Notes: generated by a model not told the origin, from the sequence alone. 64,000 nt of DNA from Candidatus Deferrimicrobiaceae bacterium (GCA_963792415.1 CAWBVY010000006.1:704001-768000), one strand, 5' to 3'. Shown: positions 40,214-50,432, counted from the stretch's first letter. Numbers and translations: made by a program.

Positions 40214-41542
40214 TTACCCCGGTACCCGGTCGTCGGCCCCCACGGGGAAGATGAGCAGGCCCGTTCCGATCTTCGGATAGAAGAAGGTCGACTTCTGCGG
40301 GAGGACGTGCCCGGAGAGGGAAACGTCGCGGAACTCGGGGATCGTCACCGCGTTCATGAAGAAGGCGGCCTGGAGCGCGCCGGCCGAAAGATCCTTCGCA
40401 ACCTTGGCGGGCTCCTTGTAATACTTCACGAACTGCCCCGCCGTCACGGCCTCGGGGGAGATCCCGAGCAGCTGCTCCAGAAGGAACCCGTGGAGAAGGA
40501 CGACGTCGAGCGGCCGCAGCTGCGGCGGGAACTTCGAAAGGAACTTGTCGCAGAATGCAGGCAGGTCCGGGAAGGTGGCCACGTGGTACCGGTTCCCGCC
40601 CGCGCTCCATGCGATCGCCTTCCCCGTCCGCCCCGCCTCCTCCACGGCGCGCATCGCCTCCTCCGGCGAACCGTCCCGGCTCTCCACCGGGAGGTGGGCG
40701 CGCACCTTCGCGAGAAAACCGTCCGCCGAGAAGCCCTCCACGGAGTGGATCCCGCGGTGCGTCGGCAGGATCACGATCCCTTCGTCGTCCATATTGCACA
40801 GGAACATCAGCACGTGCTCATACGCGGCGTCCGGGCTCGCGCCGTGCTTCTTCCGCATCTCGTCCCGGAACGCCAGCGCGGTCTCGTACCGGTGGTGCCC
40901 GTCCGCGATGAAGACCCCCTTCCCCTTCATCCCCTCGACCGCCCCCAGGAGCGCCTTGGGGGTCGAAACGGTCCAGACCCGGTGTTTGACGCCCAGGTCG
41001 TCGACGGCGTCCATGTCGGGCGCCGCGGCCATCGCGGAGCGCAGGCTCCTCAGAACCTCGTCCTTCGGGTCGGAGTAGAGCGCGAAGATCGGGCTCATAT
41101 GGACGTCGGTCGCGCGCATCAGGGCGAGCCGGTCCTCCTTCGGCTTGGAGTGCGTCCGCTCGTGGGGGAACACCTCCCCTTCCCCGAACGCCGACAGCTT
41201 CAGGGCCCCGAGGAACCCCTTCCGCACAAAGGTCCTCTTCCCGGGGATCGGGAACTCCTGTTCGTAGTAGTAGAGGGACGGGAGGGTGTCGCGGACCAGG
41301 GTCCCCTCGGCGAGCCATTCCCGAAACCACGCGGCGGCGCGGGTGTATTTGTTACCGCCCGGGCCGTCGCCCTCCTTCGACATCCCGAAGTCGACCCAGG
41401 TGATGTTTTTCGGGTGGCGCCGGTGCAGTTCCTCCTGCTCCTCCGGAGAAATGACGTCGTACGGCGGCGCCACCACGCGGGTCAGGTCTCCCACGCGCTT
41501 CACGTCGTAATGGATCCCCCGGAACGGTTTTACTACGGCCAT
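40214..41542 (-). CDS. DUF1015 family protein
   Basis: PFRG, APPYDVI, PHERT, IADGHHRYETA, PQKSTFFYPK. Confidence 0.92.
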   Translation of the reverse strand: MAVVKPFRGIHYDVKRVGDLTRVVAPPYDVISPEEQEELHRRHPKNITWVDFGMSKEGDGPGGNKYTRAAAWFREWLAEGTLVRDTLPSLYYYEQEFPIPGKRTFVRKGFLGALKLSAFGEGEVFPHERTHSKPKEDRLALMRATDVHMSPIFALYSDPKDEVLRSLRSAMAAAPDMDAVDDLGVKHRVWTVSTPKALLGAVEGMKGKGVFIADGHHRYETALAFRDEMRKKHGASPDAAYEHVLMFLCNMDDEGIVILPTHRGIHSVEGFSADGFLAKVRAHLPVESRDGSPEEAMRAVEEAGRTGKAIAWSAGGNRYHVATFPDLPAFCDKFLSKFPPQLRPLDVVLLHGFLLEQLLGISPEAVTAGQFVKYYKEPAKVAKDLSAGALQAAFFMNAVTIPEFRDVSLSGHVLPQKSTFFYPKIGTGLLIFPVGADDRVPG

Positions 41543-41546
41543 GGCG

Positions 41547-42236
41547 TCACCCTCTCTGAAGGAATTCGACGATGTCGTGAAACGGGAGAACCCCCTCCCT
41601 CAACAGGACCGGCAGGTCGTCGATCATCCGCACCACGGTGGACCCGGGGGAGTTCCCGGCGCCCTCCCGGCGCGCGTCACCGGACGGGGCTTTGCCCCCC
41701 CATAAGACCCAGTCGACCGCCCCGGTGAATTCCCGGACGATCTCCTCGGCGGACCCCCAGGCGCCGGGATTCCCGGACCGGTTGGCCGACGTCCCCGTGA
41801 CCGCGCCGGAAAGCAGGGCCGCCAGCGCGCGCGGGACAGGGTGGTCCGGAACGCGCAGCCCCACCGTGTCCCCCCCGCCGGTCACGGCCGGGTGGACGCC
41901 CGGGCCCGCGGGAAGCACCAGCGTGAGAGCCCCGGGCCAGAACCGGCCCATGAGGCGGGCGGCGGCGGGCGGAACATGCCGCGCCCAGCGGTCGACCTGC
42001 TCCACCCCCGACAGGAGCAGCGGGATCGGTTTCCCCCGGTCCCGCCCCTTGGCGGCGAGCAACCGGTTGAGCCCCGTTTCCGAACGCGGGTCGACGCCGA
42101 GTCCGTACAAGGTGTCGGTCGGAAAGATCGCCGCCCCCCCGGCGCGCAGCGAAGCGATCATCTCATCGGGGAAGGACGGCTTCGGAGCCGTCGGCCCGTT
42201 GGCACGATCGGCGTCCAGGAGGATCAGGCGCGTCAT
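41547..42236 (-). CDS. tsaC: L-threonylcarbamoyladenylate synthase (Sua5/YrdC)
   Basis: FPTDTLYGL, KGR, WPGALTLVL, GTSANRSG, STVV. Confidence 0.92.
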   Translation of the reverse strand: MTRLILLDADRANGPTAPKPSFPDEMIASLRAGGAAIFPTDTLYGLGVDPRSETGLNRLLAAKGRDRGKPIPLLLSGVEQVDRWARHVPPAAARLMGRFWPGALTLVLPAGPGVHPAVTGGGDTVGLRVPDHPVPRALAALLSGAVTGTSANRSGNPGAWGSAEEIVREFTGAVDWVLWGGKAPSGDARREGAGNSPGSTVVRMIDDLPVLLREGVLPFHDIVEFLQRG

Positions 42237-42261
42237 TCAGGGCATCCCCCGGGCCTGTGGA

Positions 42262-42753
42262 TCATGGAAGCTGCTTCGCCGCCTTCTCGACGGCGTCCGC
42301 CATCGCCTTCCGGCCGGCCCGGATCTTCGCCAGGATCTTCGGGGACGAAAGGGAAAGGATCTGCGCCGCGAGGTGCCCCGCGTTCTGCGCCCCCGCCTTT
42401 CCCACGGCCATGGTCGCCACCGGGACACCGGCGGGCATCTGAACGGTCGAGAGCAGGGCGTCGAACCCGCCAAGGGCCGACCCGGCCAGCGGCACCCCGA
42501 TCACCGGGAGCACCGTCTCGGCGGCGACGCACCCGGCGAGGTGCGCCGCGGCCCCCGCCCCGGCGATGATCACCGAGAACCCTTCCTTCTCCGCCCGGCG
42601 GGCCAGCGCCTGGGTCCGGCCCGGCGAGCGATGCGCGGAGGCGACGGTCATCTCGCACGGGATCCCGTAGCCCGACAGCACCTCCGCCGCCGCCCGCATC
42701 GTCTCCGCGTCGGAGGCGCTTCCCATGAGGATCAGGACCTTCCCGGCCATCAT
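42262..42753 (-). CDS. purE: N5-CAIR mutase PurE
   Basis: MGSASD, SAHRSP, AGAGAAAHL, QMPAGVPVAT. Confidence 0.96.
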   Translation of the reverse strand: MMAGKVLILMGSASDAETMRAAAEVLSGYGIPCEMTVASAHRSPGRTQALARRAEKEGFSVIIAGAGAAAHLAGCVAAETVLPVIGVPLAGSALGGFDALLSTVQMPAGVPVATMAVGKAGAQNAGHLAAQILSLSSPKILAKIRAGRKAMADAVEKAAKQLP

Positions 42754-44036
42754 CCGTTCCCCCGTGCGAGCGCCTTTCGCCCGATGTCGGTGCGCCAGTA
42801 GGCGCCTTCCCAATGGATCCTGTCCACGGCGCGGTATGCGCGGGCGATCGCCTCCTTCAGCGTGTCGCCGATCGCGGTGACGCCGAGAACACGTCCCCCG
42901 TGGTTCACCAGGCGACCTTCCTTCATCGCCGTGCCGGCGTGGAACACCACCACGCCCTCCTCCTTCTCCGCCTCCTCGATTCCCCCGATGGCGCGCCCCA
43001 CCTCGTACTTCCCCGGGTAGCCGCCGGACGACATCACGACGCAGACCGTCGGCCTCGGGTCGATCTCCATCTTCGCGTCCGTGATCTTCCCCCGCGCGCA
43101 CTGCAGGAGCAGGGGGACGAGATCGCTTTTCAGGCGAAGGAAGAGCGGCTGCGCCTCGGGGTCTCCGAAGCGGACGTTGAACTCGAGGACCCGGGGGACT
43201 CCCCGTTCGATCATGAGACCCGCGTAGAGGATGCCGCGGAAGACGATCCCCTCGGCACGAAGGCCCGCCAGCAGCGGCTCGAAGATCTCCCGGTGCACCC
43301 GCGCCTCGACGTCGGGCGTCACGACCGGCGCGGGGGAGTATGCCCCCATCCCGCCGGTATTGGGTCCGGCATCGTTGTCCCCGATCCTCTTGTGGTCCTG
43401 CGAGGATGGGAGCGGGACAAACTTGTCCCCGTCGGTGAAGACGATGTACGACGCCTCCTCGCCCGGCAGGCACTCCTCGATCACGACGCGCTCCCCCGCG
43501 GGGCCGAACACCCGGCGCTGCATCACGTCCTTCAGGAACGCGATCCCCTCCTCGAACGTCTGCGCGACGGCGACGCCCTTCCCCGCCGCGAGTCCGTCCG
43601 CCTTGACCACCACCGGCAGCCGGTGGGTAAGCAGATATTGCTCCGCCTCGTCGTACTCTCCGAACACCTTGAAGGAGGCCGTCGGGATCCCGTACTTCCC
43701 GAGGATGGTCTTCATGAAGACCTTGGACCCCTCCATCTGCGCTCCCGCACGGTCCGGGCCGCAGACGAGGAGGCCCTCCTTCGTGAGCAGGTCGGTCAAC
43801 CCAGCCGCCAGCGGGGCCTCGGGGCCGACCACGGTGAGGTCGATCCTCTTCGACACCGCGAATTTCCGCAACCCGTCGAGGTCGTCCATCGCCAGGGGAG
43901 CGCACTCCGCGTACCGCGCGACCCCGGGGTTGCCGGGCGCGGCGTAGATCCTGGACACGAGGGGGCTCTTCGCGATCTTCCAGGCCAGGGCGTGCTCGCG
44001 ACCGCCGCCGCCGACGATGAGGACGGAGATTCCCAT
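42750..44036 (-). CDS. purD: Phosphoribosylamine--glycine ligase
   Basis: GGGGREHA, KADGLAAGKG, GPNTGGMG, RFGDPE. Confidence 0.97.
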   Translation of the reverse strand: MGISVLIVGGGGREHALAWKIAKSPLVSRIYAAPGNPGVARYAECAPLAMDDLDGLRKFAVSKRIDLTVVGPEAPLAAGLTDLLTKEGLLVCGPDRAGAQMEGSKVFMKTILGKYGIPTASFKVFGEYDEAEQYLLTHRLPVVVKADGLAAGKGVAVAQTFEEGIAFLKDVMQRRVFGPAGERVVIEECLPGEEASYIVFTDGDKFVPLPSSQDHKRIGDNDAGPNTGGMGAYSPAPVVTPDVEARVHREIFEPLLAGLRAEGIVFRGILYAGLMIERGVPRVLEFNVRFGDPEAQPLFLRLKSDLVPLLLQCARGKITDAKMEIDPRPTVCVVMSSGGYPGKYEVGRAIGGIEEAEKEEGVVVFHAGTAMKEGRLVNHGGRVLGVTAIGDTLKEAIARAYRAVDRIHWEGAYWRTDIGRKALARGNG

Positions 44037-44063
44037 TCCATCTTCCTCCGCTTTGAAGTGCTA

Positions 44064-44227
44064 AGTGTAGCGTCTCGCAAATATCCTGGCATTCGAACGC
44101 CGCTGCATCCGCTCCAGCTTCGTTGCGCCAGTTCGACGTACTCTCCCGGTACGCCTTCACTGCCGCGCCTTGCTGGCGCGGCGCATCGACGCTCTCGATG
44201 CTCAGGCTATTTGCGAGACGCTACACT
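44064..44227. mobile_element. MITE-like 164-bp palindromic element with 20-bp perfect terminal inverted repeats
   Basis: AGTGTAGCGTCTCGCAAATA (44064-44083) and TATTTGCGAGACGCTACACT (44208-44227), with further internal complementarity; no ORF. Confidence 0.7.
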
Positions 44228-45788
44228 AGTGCCGGAAGTGCCGCACTCCGGTGAACACCATCGCCATCCCGTGCTCGTCGGCCGCGGCGATCACTTCCGC
44301 GTCCCGGACCGACCCGCCCGGCTGGATCACCGCCGTGGCCCCCGCCCCGGCGGCCACGTCGAGACCGTCGCGGAACGGGAAGAAGGCGTCGGAGGCGACG
44401 ACCGTCCCCTTCGTCGGGTGCTGCGCCTTCATCACCGCGATTTTCGCCGAGTCGACCCGGCTCATCTGCCCCGCCCCCACACCGACGGTGCGGTCCTTCA
44501 TCGCGTAGACGATCGCGTTCGATTTTACGTGCTTGCACACCTTCCACGCGAACAGCATCGCCTCGAGCTCGTCCGCGGTGGGCTTCCGCTTCGTCACCAC
44601 CTTCAGGTCCTTCGGGTCGAGCACGTGCCGGTCGCCCGTCTGCAGGAGGAGCCCGCCGCTCACCCGCTTCATCTCGAACGTCCTGGCTTCCGACCACCGG
44701 AACGCGCCGCCCGTGGCCAGGACGCGGAGGTTCTTCTTCGCCGAGAGGATCTTCCGCGCCCCCTTGTCGTAGGAAGGGGCGATGACCGCCTCGAAGAAGG
44801 TGTTGGCGATCTCCCGGGCCGTCTCGGAGTTCACGGGCCGGTTGAATCCGATCACGCCGCCGTAGGCGGAGACGGGGTCGCAACTGCGCGCCTTCTTGAA
44901 GGCATCCAGGAGACGGCGCTTCGAGACACCCACGCCGGAAGGGTTCGTGTGCTTGATGACGACCGCGGCGGGGATGGCGAATTCGAGAGCGAGCTGCAGC
45001 GCGGCGTCGATGTCGACGATGTTGTTGTAGGAGAGCTCCTTCCCCTGCAACTGCTGCGCGCCTCCCAGCGTCGGCTCGTCGGGCAGCGTGGCGTCGACGT
45101 AGAACGACGAGGCCTGGTGCGGGTTCTCGCCGTACCGGAGCCCCTGGAGTTGACGCCACTGGGCCGTGAAGGTCACGGGGAACGCCTCCACCCCTCCCTG
45201 CCCCGCGCCGAGGTAGTTCGAGATCGCCGCATCGTACCGTGCCGTCATTGCGAATGCCTTCCGCCCGAGTTCCTTCATGGTCTCCTCGTCGAGATTTCCG
45301 GCGTTCTTCTTCAGCTGCGCGAGGACCAGGGGGTAGTCGGCGGGGTCGCATACCACCGCGACCGACTGGGAGTTTTTCGCGGCGGACCGGAGCATCGAAG
45401 GTCCGCCGATGTCGATGTTTTCGATCGCCTCCTCCCGGGTGCAGCCGGGGCGGGCAACCGTGGCCTCGAAAGGATAGAGGTTCCCGATCAGCATGTCGAA
45501 CGGGACGATCCCGTGCTCCGCGATCGTCTTCATGTGCGCCGCGTTCCCGCGCAGGGCGAGAAGCCCCCCGTGGATCTTCGGGTTCAAGGTTTTCACCCGC
45601 CCGTCCAGCATCTCGGGGAACCCCGTGTACTCCTCGATGAGGCGCACCGGGACCTTCTTCTCCCGAAGCAGTTTCGCCGTTCCTCCCGAGGCGTACAGCT
45701 CGACGCCGAGCCGGGAGAGCGCGGCGCAGAACTGCGCCACGCCGGTCTTGTCGGATACGCTGACGATCGCCCGATGGATTCTCGCCAT
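44226..45788 (-). CDS. purH: Bifunctional AICAR transformylase / IMP cyclohydrolase
   Basis: [40 protein letters not shown]. Confidence 0.97.
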   Translation of the reverse strand: MARIHRAIVSVSDKTGVAQFCAALSRLGVELYASGGTAKLLREKKVPVRLIEEYTGFPEMLDGRVKTLNPKIHGGLLALRGNAAHMKTIAEHGIVPFDMLIGNLYPFEATVARPGCTREEAIENIDIGGPSMLRSAAKNSQSVAVVCDPADYPLVLAQLKKNAGNLDEETMKELGRKAFAMTARYDAAISNYLGAGQGGVEAFPVTFTAQWRQLQGLRYGENPHQASSFYVDATLPDEPTLGGAQQLQGKELSYNNIVDIDAALQLALEFAIPAAVVIKHTNPSGVGVSKRRLLDAFKKARSCDPVSAYGGVIGFNRPVNSETAREIANTFFEAVIAPSYDKGARKILSAKKNLRVLATGGAFRWSEARTFEMKRVSGGLLLQTGDRHVLDPKDLKVVTKRKPTADELEAMLFAWKVCKHVKSNAIVYAMKDRTVGVGAGQMSRVDSAKIAVMKAQHPTKGTVVASDAFFPFRDGLDVAAGAGATAVIQPGGSVRDAEVIAAADEHGMAMVFTGVRHFRH

Positions 45789-45844
45789 GATCTGGGATCC
45801 TTCCTTGGTGTCGTGATGCGGTATGTGCCGATCGGAGCGCGTCG

Positions 45845-47362
45845 TTACGGCTTGTAGGGAACGGCCCCGATCACGGTCTTCAGGTCGTCGTCGGGGAACT
45901 TGATCCCGAACCCGAGAAAGAAGGTCCGGTACTGCGAAAACTCGCTCAGCAAATCGTCCGCCCCGGCCGTGATGAAAAGGTTTTTGAAAATATCATAGTT
46001 GCCGTACAGCTTCAAATGCGCGCGGTTGTCGGGCCGGTTGAAGTCGAAGATGTCCGCCCCGACGCTGAGCCGGTCCTTCACCACATCGTACTCCAGCCCC
46101 AATCCCCCCGCGGACTCCATGATGCCGCCCCGGACCGTGACCCGGGAGAACCGCTTCGCCAGCAGGGCGTTGAACTTCCACTTGTCCTCGTAGCTCACCA
46201 CTTTCGTCTCGACAGGAGGATTCCCGCCGACGCTGACGAAGGTACTGCTGTCCGTGCGTTTCCCCCTCGGGTCGTTTACGACACCGACAAGATAATACTT
46301 GTCCGCCGTGGGCTGGATCTTCAGGTTCAGGTAATACTTCCAGTCGGAGGTGCCGGTCTGGAACTCGACCCACGGGACCAGCGTCATGTGCAGCGCATCA
46401 TACTTACGGACGTACCGGTTGACCCCTTCGAGGGTCTCGGTGAGGGAGGTGTGAGCCGTATTGTCGTTGACGAGCTTCCCGAGGGTCCCCTCGCCGCGGT
46501 CGATCTTCGCCATCACCCTCCCGGCGGAGTCGAGCGTGTTGTCGAGGCGCGCGGAGGCGGTCTTCAGGTTGGCGATGCTCTCCTTCAGGTTCTCCCGGTT
46601 GTCCCCCGCGATGTTGCTCACCCGCTCGCTCATCTCCTCGAGCTTGCGCACCAGCTCCGGCGTTTCGCTCTTCAGCGTGTCGGAAAAAGCCCGGAAATTC
46701 GCGATCGTCGCGCGGACGTCCTGCTTGTTGCTCGCCGAGATGTCGGAGAGATCCGCGGACAGCCGGTCGATGTTCGCCAGGATCCGCTCGAAACGATCTT
46801 CGTTCCCCTGCACGACGGTCCGCAGGGAGGCGGTGGTGGCCCGGACATCGCGGAGGATGTCCGCGAGCGCCTGTTTCCCCTCCTCGGTCCCGAAAGTCGA
46901 GGAGAGCGCTTCGGTGAACTTCTTGACGTCGTCCCCGATCGCCGACAGCTTTCTCACCATCTCGTCAAGATTCGTGGGGGTCAGGGTGTTGGTGACCTGT
47001 CCCCCCGCCGGCAAGTTGCGCTGCACGTCCTTCCCCGGGAGGATCTCGACATATTTCTCGCCGAGAAGGCCCTGGGTCTGGATGGAAGCGACCGAGTCGA
47101 TCGGGATCCGGATCCCCTGTCGAACGCGAAGGACGAGGCGGGCGCGGTTTCCCACAAGCTCGATCCCCTCGACCTTCCCGATCGGAACCCCGGCCATCTT
47201 CACGTCCGACTTGGGCTCCAGACCCGCCGCCGTGTCGAAGTCCACCGTGAGCCTGTACCCCTTCTCCGCGATCAATCCCCACTTGCTCACGCGGAACGTG
47301 AAGAACGTGAGGACGATCAGCCCCAGAAGGACGAAAATCCCGACGCGGGCCTCCCTGGACAT
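45845..47362 (-). CDS. mlaD: Long MlaD/MCE-domain protein
   Basis: N-terminal TM, MCE domain (VKMAGVPIGKV, GLLGEKYVEI), long helical region, beta-rich C-terminus. Confidence 0.88.
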   Translation of the reverse strand: MSREARVGIFVLLGLIVLTFFTFRVSKWGLIAEKGYRLTVDFDTAAGLEPKSDVKMAGVPIGKVEGIELVGNRARLVLRVRQGIRIPIDSVASIQTQGLLGEKYVEILPGKDVQRNLPAGGQVTNTLTPTNLDEMVRKLSAIGDDVKKFTEALSSTFGTEEGKQALADILRDVRATTASLRTVVQGNEDRFERILANIDRLSADLSDISASNKQDVRATIANFRAFSDTLKSETPELVRKLEEMSERVSNIAGDNRENLKESIANLKTASARLDNTLDSAGRVMAKIDRGEGTLGKLVNDNTAHTSLTETLEGVNRYVRKYDALHMTLVPWVEFQTGTSDWKYYLNLKIQPTADKYYLVGVVNDPRGKRTDSSTFVSVGGNPPVETKVVSYEDKWKFNALLAKRFSRVTVRGGIMESAGGLGLEYDVVKDRLSVGADIFDFNRPDNRAHLKLYGNYDIFKNLFITAGADDLLSEFSQYRTFFLGFGIKFPDDDLKTVIGAVPYKP

Positions 47363-47443
47363 CGACGATGCTACCCCCATGCATGCGGCCCGACCGGACC
47401 TCCCCGGCCGGACTCCTCACCCCGAAATATCGGGGATACTATA

Positions 47444-48220
47444 TCATCGGCTGACGAAGCGGACGAACTCCTCGCTCTCGTCCGTGATGGGACCGTGCGC
47501 GCGGCCCTGAACGAACTGCGCGACCACCGGGTTCGACGTCGTCCGGATCTCCTCCGGGGTCCCCACCTCGATGATCTTTCCCTTGTACAGCATCGCGATC
47601 TGATCCGCGATCTTGTAGGCGGAGGCCATGTCGTGGGTGATCGTGATCGAGGTCACCCCGAGCGTCTCCCGCAGCGAGATGATCAGGTCGTTGATGACGT
47701 CGGCCATGATCGGATCCAGGCCCGTCGTGGGCTCGTCGTACAACAGGATGTCGGGCTCGGAGGCGATCGCCCGGGCGAGCCCCACGCGTTTCTTCATGCC
47801 GCCCGACAGCTCCGCGGGCATCAGGCGCTGGATGTCGCGCAGCCCGACCATCGAGAGTTTCTCCTCCACCACCTCCCGGATCTGGCCCTCCGGGTACATT
47901 TTCAGCCGCCGCAATACGAACGCCACGTTCTCCCCCACGTCCATCGAGTCGAACAGGGCCGCCCCCTGGAAGAGCATCCCGAACCGGCGGCGGACCCGGA
48001 CCAGTTCCCGCTCGTCCATCCGGGTGATGTCGTGGCCGTCGATCCGGATCTCCCCCGCGTCCGGGTGAAGCAGCCCCACCGCGCACTTGATGAGGACCGA
48101 CTTGCCTGTGCCGCTTCCGCCGATGACGACGGTGTTCTTCCCCCTCGGCACGGTCAGCTTGAGGCCGTCGAGGACAACCTTCTTCCCGAAAGCCTTGCTC
48201 AAATCCTGGATCGCGATCAC
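47444..48220 (-). CDS. mlaF: MlaF-type ABC transporter ATPase
   Basis: GGSGTGKS, LFQGAALFDS, LSGGMKKRVGLARA, YDEPTTGLDP. Confidence 0.93.
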   Translation of the reverse strand: MIAIQDLSKAFGKKVVLDGLKLTVPRGKNTVVIGGSGTGKSVLIKCAVGLLHPDAGEIRIDGHDITRMDERELVRVRRRFGMLFQGAALFDSMDVGENVAFVLRRLKMYPEGQIREVVEEKLSMVGLRDIQRLMPAELSGGMKKRVGLARAIASEPDILLYDEPTTGLDPIMADVINDLIISLRETLGVTSITITHDMASAYKIADQIAMLYKGKIIEVGTPEEIRTTSNPVVAQFVQGRAHGPITDESEEFVRFVSR

Positions 48221-48241
48221 GCCGGTTTCGGCCCTTTCCCG

Positions 48242-49042
48242 TCAGAACATGAAGGACGTCATGAAGTAGTCCGAGATGAGCACCATCATGGAGGACGCCA
48301 CGACCGCCCGCGTGGTGGCCCGGCCGACCCCCTCCGCGCCCCCCTCCGCAACGAAACCGTGATGGCACGAGATGAGGGCGATCAGCATCCCGAAGACCGA
48401 GGCCTTGACCAGCCCCGTGTAGATGTCCTTGAACTCGAGGTACTGGTACGTCTTTGCCATGTACACGTACGGGTTGGCGCCCATCAGATGGACGGAGACG
48501 AAGTAGCCCCCGACGATCCCCAGCAGGTCCGCGAACACGACGAGCACCGGGAGGACGAGCGTAGCGGCCACCACGCGCGGAACGACGAGGTACTTGACCG
48601 GGTTGGTGGCGAGAGTGACCAGGGCGTCGATCTGCTCCGTCACCTTCATCGTCCCCAATTCCGCGGCCATCGAGGCGCCGACGCGGCCGGAGACCATGAG
48701 CCCGGCGAACACCGGCCCCAGTTCCCGGGTGATGGAAAGGGCGACGACCGACCCGACGAAGCTGGTCGCGCCGAACCGCTGGAACCCGGAGTAGCTCTGC
48801 AGCGCGAGGACCATGCCGGTGAAGGTGGCGGTGACGAGCACGACCGGCATCGACCGGACCCCGACCTCTTCCATCTGCTTGACGATGTTGCGGATCTCCG
48901 ACGGCGGCCGCACCACCCAGGAGACGACCTGGAGGAACAGGGTGAAGATCGCCCCCAGGTCCTGCACCATGGCGTAGACCCGCTTCCCGAGGAGCTCCGC
49001 GACCCGGGCGGCGCCGTTCTTTTTCCCGGTGGCGTCAGTCAA
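48242..49042 (-). CDS. mlaE: MlaE-type ABC transporter permease
   Basis: RELGPV, AELGTMKVTEQIDAL, GAEGVGRATT. Confidence 0.95.
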   Translation of the reverse strand: MTDATGKKNGAARVAELLGKRVYAMVQDLGAIFTLFLQVVSWVVRPPSEIRNIVKQMEEVGVRSMPVVLVTATFTGMVLALQSYSGFQRFGATSFVGSVVALSITRELGPVFAGLMVSGRVGASMAAELGTMKVTEQIDALVTLATNPVKYLVVPRVVAATLVLPVLVVFADLLGIVGGYFVSVHLMGANPYVYMAKTYQYLEFKDIYTGLVKASVFGMLIALISCHHGFVAEGGAEGVGRATTRAVVASSMMVLISDYFMTSFMF

Positions 49043-50150
49043 TGGTCACCCGGGGGATCCTCGGGCCGACCTGGACCAGGATCTCGTACGGGATGGTCCC
49101 GCAGACGCGCGCCATCTCCTCCGCGCCCATCGACGCCTCCCCCATCACCTCGACGTCCGTCCCGATCTCCACGCCCGGCATCCCGGTGACGTCGATCATC
49201 GTGTGGTCCATGCACACCGTTCCGACGACGGGGACGGGATGGCCGGCGACCGACATCCGGGCACGGCAGGTCAACGCGCGGCGATAGCCGTCGGCGTACC
49301 CGATGGGGACGACGGCGATCCGGCGGGCGCCGTCGCAGCAGTACCGGCGGTTGTAGCTCACCGCGTGTCCCGCCGGGAGCTCCTTCAGGGACAACACCTT
49401 CGAAATGACCCGCATCACGGGGCGAAGGTCCTGCGACGCCTCGCCGGGGGGGAGAGGGGAGCAGCCGTACAGGGAGATGCCGGGCCGGACGAGGTCGAAC
49501 GGCTCCTCGCCGAACCGGAGGATTCCCGCGCTGTTCAGCGCATGGACCGCCACGGAGGCCCCGAACGCCTTCCGCACGGCGGGGAGCATCTCCCGGAAGG
49601 TGGCCAACTGCGCCGCCGTGTACTCCCGGTCCTCCACCGCCGACCCGTCCGCCGAAGACAGGTGCGTCATCCACCCTTCCAGCCGCAGAGCGGGGATTGA
49701 AGCAATCTGCCCCGCCGCCTCCATGGCCTCCCGCGGGGGCAGTCCGAGCCGCCCCATCCCCGTGTCGACCTTGACGTGCACCGGGAAGGGACGCCCCGCC
49801 GCCTCCGCCGCGCGGGCCAGGTAGCCGATCTGCCTCCGGTCGAACAGTATTGCCGAAAGGCCGTGGGCGTGGGCCTCCGCCGCCTGCGGCGGGTCGATGC
49901 CCCCCAGTACGACTACCGGGAGGCGGATCCCCCCCTCGCGCAGTTCCACCCCTTCTTCCACCGTGGCCACGCCCAGCATCCGCGCCCCGTCCGCCTCGAG
50001 GGCGCGCGCCACGGGAAGCGCGCCGTGCCCGTAGGCGTTCGCCTTCACGATGCCGAGAAGGCCGACGCCTTGCGGGAGCAGCGCGCGAATCACTTGAACG
50101 TTGTGCCGGAGGGCCGAGAGGCGGATCTCCGCCACCGTGGGCCGGGCCAA
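49035..50150 (-). CDS. alr: Alanine racemase
   Basis: VKANAYGHG, KVDTGMGRLG, VRPGISLYG, GYADG, CMD, TIPYE. Confidence 0.96.
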   Translation of the reverse strand: MARPTVAEIRLSALRHNVQVIRALLPQGVGLLGIVKANAYGHGALPVARALEADGARMLGVATVEEGVELREGGIRLPVVVLGGIDPPQAAEAHAHGLSAILFDRRQIGYLARAAEAAGRPFPVHVKVDTGMGRLGLPPREAMEAAGQIASIPALRLEGWMTHLSSADGSAVEDREYTAAQLATFREMLPAVRKAFGASVAVHALNSAGILRFGEEPFDLVRPGISLYGCSPLPPGEASQDLRPVMRVISKVLSLKELPAGHAVSYNRRYCCDGARRIAVVPIGYADGYRRALTCRARMSVAGHPVPVVGTVCMDHTMIDVTGMPGVEIGTDVEVMGEASMGAEEMARVCGTIPYEILVQVGPRIPRVTID

Positions 50151-50235
50151 GCCTGGACCTCCCGGGGAAGCGAGATGAGCGATGGGGAAAGTTTACCCCA
50201 CCCCCTCCGGGCAAGTAAAGGACACGGACCCACCC

Positions 50236-50265
50236 TTGACACCCCCGATCCCACGGCCGTATTAT
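50236..50265 (+). promoter_or_regulatory. Sigma70 promoter for the TPP riboswitch-thiC transcript
   Basis: TTGACA-N18-TATTAT just upstream of the aptamer. Confidence 0.65.
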
Positions 50266-50274
50266 TAAAAGTAA

Positions 50275-50386
50275 CCGCCAGGGGTGCATTTCGCTGAGAG
50301 CCTCAGGGGGGGGCGCACCGCGTGAGCCTTCCCCTTTGGGCAACCCGTCGAACCTGACCCGGGTAATACCGGCGCAGGGAGCGTGG
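50275..50386 (+). ncRNA. TPP riboswitch (THI element)
   Basis: AGGGGTGC...GCTGAGAG...ACCC..GAACCTGAC.CGGGTAATACCGGCG.AGGGA upstream of thiC. Confidence 0.95.
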
Positions 50387-50394
50387 TCCTCTTC

Positions 50395-50432
50395 GAGCCG
50401 TGCCGTTTCCCCCTGGCGCGGCTTTTCATTTT
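50395..50432 (+). terminator. Intrinsic terminator (riboswitch expression platform)
   Basis: GAGCCGTGCC...GGCGCGGCTT stem followed by TTCATTTT. Confidence 0.7.

Noticed and set aside
45789-45844. ZMP/ZTP riboswitch upstream of purH
   Set aside because: The gap is only 56 bp and no aptamer consensus was seen.
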